A stretch of DNA of 63,951 bases, filler included, from Lenisia limosa (lineage: Eukaryota > Protista > Breviatea), in the NCBI GenBank assembly GCA_001655205.1. It is 10 parts of 10 records of this genome, joined end to end, with 100 filler letters (N's around TTAATTAATTAA, not from the genome) between each part and the next. Parts side by side here need not be neighbours in the genome. Positions count along the whole stretch, not along the records: positions 53,591 to 61,019 come from LPNZ01002252.1; positions 61,120 to 62,249 come from LPNZ01001195.1; positions 62,350 to 63,951 come from LPNZ01001864.1; 7 more parts are not named here. One strand, given 5' to 3'. The first letter of the stretch is position 1, and every line of letters begins with the position of its first letter. The notes beneath the pieces are model-generated. The model saw only the letters and a program-made list of their open reading frames with translations, did not search any database and had not been told where the DNA came from. Below are positions 59,247 to 63,951 of the stretch, piece after piece. The translations under genes were made by a program, and so were the position numbers.

Positions 59247-60050
59247 TTGGGCAAAACGACGTCGTCTATTGAGCGGCTCAAGTCTTCACCGACCCCTTCT
59301 GAGCTTTCTGACATACCTCCACTTGTGTCAAACCAAAACTCCCTGGCCTCTCTCCCTGAGTCAACAACAATGGGAATGGAAGACGTTCCACTCAAGGAAA
59401 TCGTTCCTGGTGCAGCGGTACGTTGTGACTTGCAACGTATTAGTAAAGTATTTTTCTCACTTCCCTTTAGGATGATGACAGTGCCCCCCTTAGACAGCTT
59501 TCTCCTAGCGGTGGGTATTCTCTCCCGCTTTGACAGCCTTAAACTGGTTTCATCTTGCTCTTACCGGAATTTCGCCGTGGTTTCCTCTTCCCCTTCTTCA
59601 CCACTTTTTAAAATATCCTAGTCTGGCCGCTCTATTTGCCCAACCCCTGCCAAACGTTTTGATTTCATTACAGCTTTCTATCATTATCTGAAAAAACCTT
59701 TCCAGTTCGTGTCTCAGGAATTCGCCGCAGCTCTTCCGCTTCTAACTTGTCTAGATCGTAGAGCTCCGCGTTCTCTCGGTGTAGATGCGGATCCCGATGA
59801 AGCCCCAGGTAGGCTCTTGCCTTCAATGATGCCGTTAGGCGTTGTGGGGACTTATTCAACCGTCTTTGCTTACGTCCCTCATCTTACTGGGCAGGTCATA
59901 TTCCAGCCTTTCGACATTCCCTTTATGACTTATCGGCTTCGGCCAGATATATGCTGACTGTGGTAAATCTTGACCGACTATTCTAAAGAACTCTGATTCA
60001 TGTCGGTCAAGTCTTACCACGACACTCTCTACATGTACTATCATATTTTC
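59247..60050 (+). CDS. Ser-rich exons, possibly the N-terminal extension of the PMCA gene
   Basis: Spliceable exons (..MEDVPLKEIVPGAA, GHIPAFRHSLYDLSASARYMLTV, NSDSCRSSLTTTLST) directly upstream and on the same strand as the PMCA exons. Confidence 0.35.
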
Positions 60051-60279
60051 CGTTTGCTAAGTTGAATTCAAATTCGCTTTTTTTTTTTTTTTTTTTTCAT
60101 CCCCCCCCCCCCNNNNNNNNNNNNNNNNNNNNNNNNNNNNNNNNNNNNNNNNNNNNNNNNNNNNNNNNNNNNNNNNNNNNNNNNNNNNNNNNNNNNNNNN
60201 NNNNNNCTCCTGGTTGAATTCACATGTTGATTTTGGGTTTTTTTTTTGATTCAAAATATTTCCAATTTTACCCCCCCAG

Positions 60280-61019
60280 TTTTCGGTTTGGACTGGACCG
60301 GCCCGGGTTTCGCCTACTCCATCCCCCAACTCCAGAAGCTTGTTGACCCCAAAGACCTCTCGTGGGGGGGTTGCAAAATTGACTGAGTTGGTTTTCATAT
60401 CCTTGACCATATTTTCAAAAATACTATGCGTTTAAATATTGGGGAAACAAATAAACACATAGGGGATGCAATAAAACAAACTGTTATTGACTTGCTTTTG
60501 TTGTTTTCACGACTTCCGTTCGACCATGTTAAAAACATAGTTTCCTCAAATAATTAATTGACTGGAATTGCATTTGTGTTTTTTTACTAATGTCCTTAAA
60601 CCCTAGGCACCTCCAAGAAATGGGTGGCGTCGAAGGCCTCGGCCGCGGACTTGACACCAGCCTTACCGCCGGTATGAACGCCCTCCAAATCGAGGATGAG
60701 GCTCGTAAGGTTGGCCGGGTCGGGGTGAAGGATGAGGCTCGTAAGGTGGCCGGGTTAGGGCTTCACTTCGGTTCGACCCTTTAAAATATCGATAGTTTTC
60801 GAGGATTGATCGAGAAATTCAGTCTTTTTTTGAACCGAAGTGAAACACTAGTTGGGGTGTTTGTTTTATTGGAGATCTTCATTTTTATTTTGTCTTCGTA
60901 TATTCACCATTTTGATTTCTCCTGCTCCTCCTCCTCCCAACTTACCCCAAAGGTCTACGGTGTGAACCGTCTCCCCCCCAAGAAGATCCGCGGCTTCTTC
61001 GCTCTTTGCTGGGAAGCCC
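60280..61019 (+). CDS. P2B-type (PMCA/Pmc1/ACA) Ca2+-ATPase N-terminal exons (truncated at linker)
   Basis: GFAYSIPQLQKLVDPKDL|..HLQEMGGVEGLGRGLDTSLTAGM..EDEARK|VYGVNRLPPKKIRGFFALCWEA matches the cation-ATPase N-terminal domain of P2B pumps. Confidence 0.82.
60758..60848. mobile_element. MITE-A in PMCA intron
   Basis: TA|GGGCTTCACTTCGGTTCGA..TGAACCGAAGTGAAACAC|TA. Confidence 0.82.
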
Positions 61020-61424
61020 NNNNNNNNNNNNNNNNNNNNNNNNNNNNNNNNNNNNNNNNNNNNTTAATTAATTAANNNNNNNNNNNNNNNNNNNNNNNNN
61101 NNNNNNNNNNNNNNNNNNNTCCGTAAATTTCAAAAAATCACAGATAAAGGAAAATTCACAGATATATGGACGGTGTGATATAGTGTGTGTGTTTGAGTGT
61201 AAATACTCTTGGCCATTTGCTCTATCAAGTCAGACATATCATTCCATGTGTTTTACTTTGCATTTCTTGGGGTTTTATTCCTTTGTTGATTTCAGCCTAG
61301 TTCTCTTCAATCCTGAGTTTATCTGTTTTCTGGTCCAATTTCAAAAATTCCTCTCCTCCTCATTGTATTACCTACATCTCAGCCGGCATTTTAGTTATTT
61401 GTTTCATAAATACCAGTAATGCCC

Positions 61425-61915
61425 CAGGGTTCCTGCCCCGTGGGATATGAAATGTCGTATACGGCCAAATCCGGCGTGGACTGTTCGTTTGAGTCGGGCT
61501 GGGTGTCAACACCTTCTTGCATACCCGGTGCGTGGAATGAATCAGAACTTCTCTATTGTTTCAAAATAATTACTGAATCCTGATGAATCTTCAATAAATA
61601 TCGAATTTTGAGGAACCAAAATGAAGCTCTGTATTACATCATAACACTAGTTGTACTATCATCTAATATATGCATACGATGTATATAATTAAATGGTTTT
61701 ATGATATGGGTAAGTTCTTTCCGTTTTCCGAATCACATACCTCACTACTCCAAGCAATTATTATATGCGTACATGATATTGCAAGTTAACTTGTGTTTTC
61801 ATGATATTTTAAGTTAATTTGCGTTTTTCATTTTGCATGATGGTTTAGTTCAGTGTCCGGCCCTATTTGTGAGCACTTCAGATTCTTCAAACTGCACCCA
61901 AGGTTGTGAGGGGAT
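61425..61915 (+). CDS. Cys-rich, sushi/CCP-like exons
   Basis: GSCPVGYEMSYTAKSGVDCSFESGWVSTPSCIP followed by a donor. C-x-x-GY..C....W....P.C is the CCP C-terminal pattern. Isolated between linkers. Confidence 0.35.
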
Positions 61916-62140
61916 GCTGATATTGTGTTGCGGACAGCGCTTCATTTTGTTTCAAAAAAGACAGAATAATCATTGATAATATCGATAGGTTACTCATCTT
62001 TTGAGACTGGAATGAAGCTCAGGTTATGATTTAATAAGGATACTATTTGAACTTCACTTTAATCCGAAAAGACAGTTAAGTATCAAAAAAAAGAGGATTT
62101 ATCGAGAAATTTAGATTGTTTTCTGACAAAAGTGAAGCCT
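61560..62140. mobile_element. Cluster of three degenerate MITE-A copies (about 61560-61629, 61938-62020, 62051-62140)
   Basis: CTTCA..AAAAGAC..ATCGA..TGAAGC remnants. Further remnants at about 28195-28276, 37078-37098, 40872-40912 and 57318-57390. Confidence 0.6.
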
Positions 62141-62702
62141 TAGGTGTTATACATATGTGGCCAGATATATTTTATTTAACCTCTGCAGGTACGCTGGAGT
62201 GATGGGATGCGGTGCTACAGAAGCGACTGGCCTGGTCTTTGTTTGTTTTNNNNNNNNNNNNNNNNNNNNNNNNNNNNNNNNNNNNNNNNNNNNTTAATTA
62301 ATTAANNNNNNNNNNNNNNNNNNNNNNNNNNNNNNNNNNNNNNNNNNNNAATCATAAATGACACGGTTTCTCATAAATGACACGGTTTCCGTGCAGCAGC
62401 ATATATATAATATATGATTGTATGTATTATGTATATTATATTTATATCAACAAAAAACGGTGCTTTTTGGGTAAATCGGTGCTTTTTTTTTGGGTTTTTA
62501 CGAGTAAAAATAAAGATAATTGGTTTAAATAATAAAATGCTCAAAATTCTTAAATCAATAAAACGTTCAAAAATGANNNNNNNNNNNNNNNNNNNNNNNN
62601 NNNNNNNNNNNNNNNNNNNNNNNNNNNNNNNNNNNNNNNNNNNNNNNNNNNNNNNNNNNNNNNNNNNNNNNNNNNNNNNNNNNNNNNNNNNNNNNNNNNN
62701 NN

Positions 62703-62923
62703 GTCAGGAAGGTAGTGTTTTTCATTATTTTTCCTTTCTCTTCGCTTTAAACACCAAAAATTTCAAAACAACTTATATTTAAACTTAGAAATACCAAAAA
62801 CAATAGAAACAGTTATACAGTAACACGACGGCCACGTCCGCGTCCACGCCCACGTCCGCGTCCACGTCCACGCCCACGTCCGCGTCCACGCCCACGTCCT
62901 CTTCCAACAGGATGGTTGGCTTC
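62703..62923 (-). repeat. Second copy of the transposon 3' segment
   Basis: Near-identical to 63226-63423 but with 13 rather than 9 GR units. Confidence 0.85.
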
Positions 62924-63191
62924 TNNNNNNNNNNCCCGAGCCGCAAAATGAGGTAGGAGGATATATTCCTTTTGAGTGTGTAACTTTAACAACAAACATA
63001 GATTTGGGGTCTGGTTTAGAGACCCTTAACCCCTGCTAGTTTTCCCAGCATCCGCCGGAAATGCTCTCCGAGCAAAAGATCCCCCGTACCCCTCCCCAGC
63101 AAGATCTTGACGAGGTTGGTTGGGGTCCTTTATCACTTGCTTCTGTTCTCCATTTTGTTCAATTTTTATTATATCTGTATATATATAAGTA

Positions 63192-63951
63192 CCCCGGTCT
63201 GAATGCGATCACCAGTATGAATGCGATCAGGAAGGTAGTGTTTTTCATTATTTTTCCTTTCTCTTCGCTTTAAACACCAAAAAATTCAAAACAACTTATA
63301 TTTAAACTTAGAAATACCAAAAACAATAGAAACAGTTATACAGTAACACGACGGCCACGTCCGCGTCCACGCCCACGTCCGCGTCCACGCCCACGTCCTC
63401 TTCCAACAGGATGGTTGGCTTCTCTCTCTACTACCTCGTTTTCCTTACGGGCCTTTTCTTGTTGGCGCTCCTTTGCTATCTCGGCGGCAACTTGGAGACG
63501 GCGCTTGTCGTACTCTTCAGCGGTCTCAACAATTTCGATGTTGGTGCGATAAGCTGTTGTTGGAGGGGGAGAGTGTGGGATGGCAGAAATATCTTCGGTA
63601 ACAAATGGGCTTCTATACCAAGGCAGCAAAGAATGTGACTTACGGAGAAGATGATCCGACATTTCAGCATCTGATAAGTTCTTCGCATGTTCGAGAAGAA
63701 CAGCAGATTTGGTCACGTCGTTCTGGGCTGTGCCTTCCTTATAGGTACGGACAACTTTGCGAGTGGGAGAGTCATTGAGGACCGTGCTTTCCAAAGACTT
63801 GCGTTTCAATGGAGAGACGGGTTCGTCAAAGTTGCCTCCAATGACACCAGGACAGCGACGGAGTAGGACAGAAGGACGGATCTCAATCTTAGGTTCGTCT
63901 GAAGTGAGTGCATTCCCAAAGATACCAGCACGTTCAAAAGCGCTTTGAACG
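63192..63951 (-). mobile_element. 3' end of a probable Tc1/mariner-superfamily (pogo-like) DNA transposon
   Basis: Intronless frame open from the window end to 63336: VQSAFERAGIF.. (resembles the post-DDE 'IxSAFxxxGI' motif of pogo/DDE_1 transposases), a charged coil and (GR)9. Terminus TA|CCCCGGTCTGAATGCGATC with an 18-bp-spaced repeat of TGAATGCGATCA at 63192-63230. The DDE triad lies outside the window. Confidence 0.5.

Noticed and set aside
1-63951. tRNA, rRNA or prokaryotic operon/defence system
   Set aside because: No cloverleaf or rRNA-like segment was noticed by eye (tRNAscan-SE/Infernal not run); gene structure is spliceosomal throughout.

Overview
Draft-assembly window of an intron-dense, AT-rich microbial eukaryote genome, not a prokaryote; the taxon cannot be named from sequence alone. 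Nine identical N44-TTAATTAATTAA-N44 linkers are artificial joins, so adjacency across them is unproven and several genes are cut there. Most ORF-track calls are fragments. By hand-splicing GT..AG exons I recognise: an RJL-family GTPase, an RFWD3-like RING-WD40 E3, a plant-type NUDT14 Nudix hydrolase, a presequence-bearing protein with about seven 41-aa repeats, a DRAM/TMEM150 protein, an ATG11/FIP200-like N-terminus, a kinase C-terminus, NAA25/MDM20, a HUWE1/Tom1-like fragment, ARV1 exon 1, an ABM-domain protein, a signal-peptide plus ClpS-like protein, a CfaD/26-29kDa-type papain protease, a PMCA N-terminus and the 3' end of a probable pogo-like transposon. Introns are packed with at least four short dispersed repeat families. 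The most interesting signals are: (1) a ClpS-like N-degron domain behind a secretory signal peptide; (2) a repeat family whose 3' end repeatedly coincides with intron acceptor sites, in sense orientation; (3) G-runs after donors paired with C-runs before acceptors; (4) two TA-flanked MITE families sharing GGGCT termini. All family assignments are by-eye motif recognition, not database searches.
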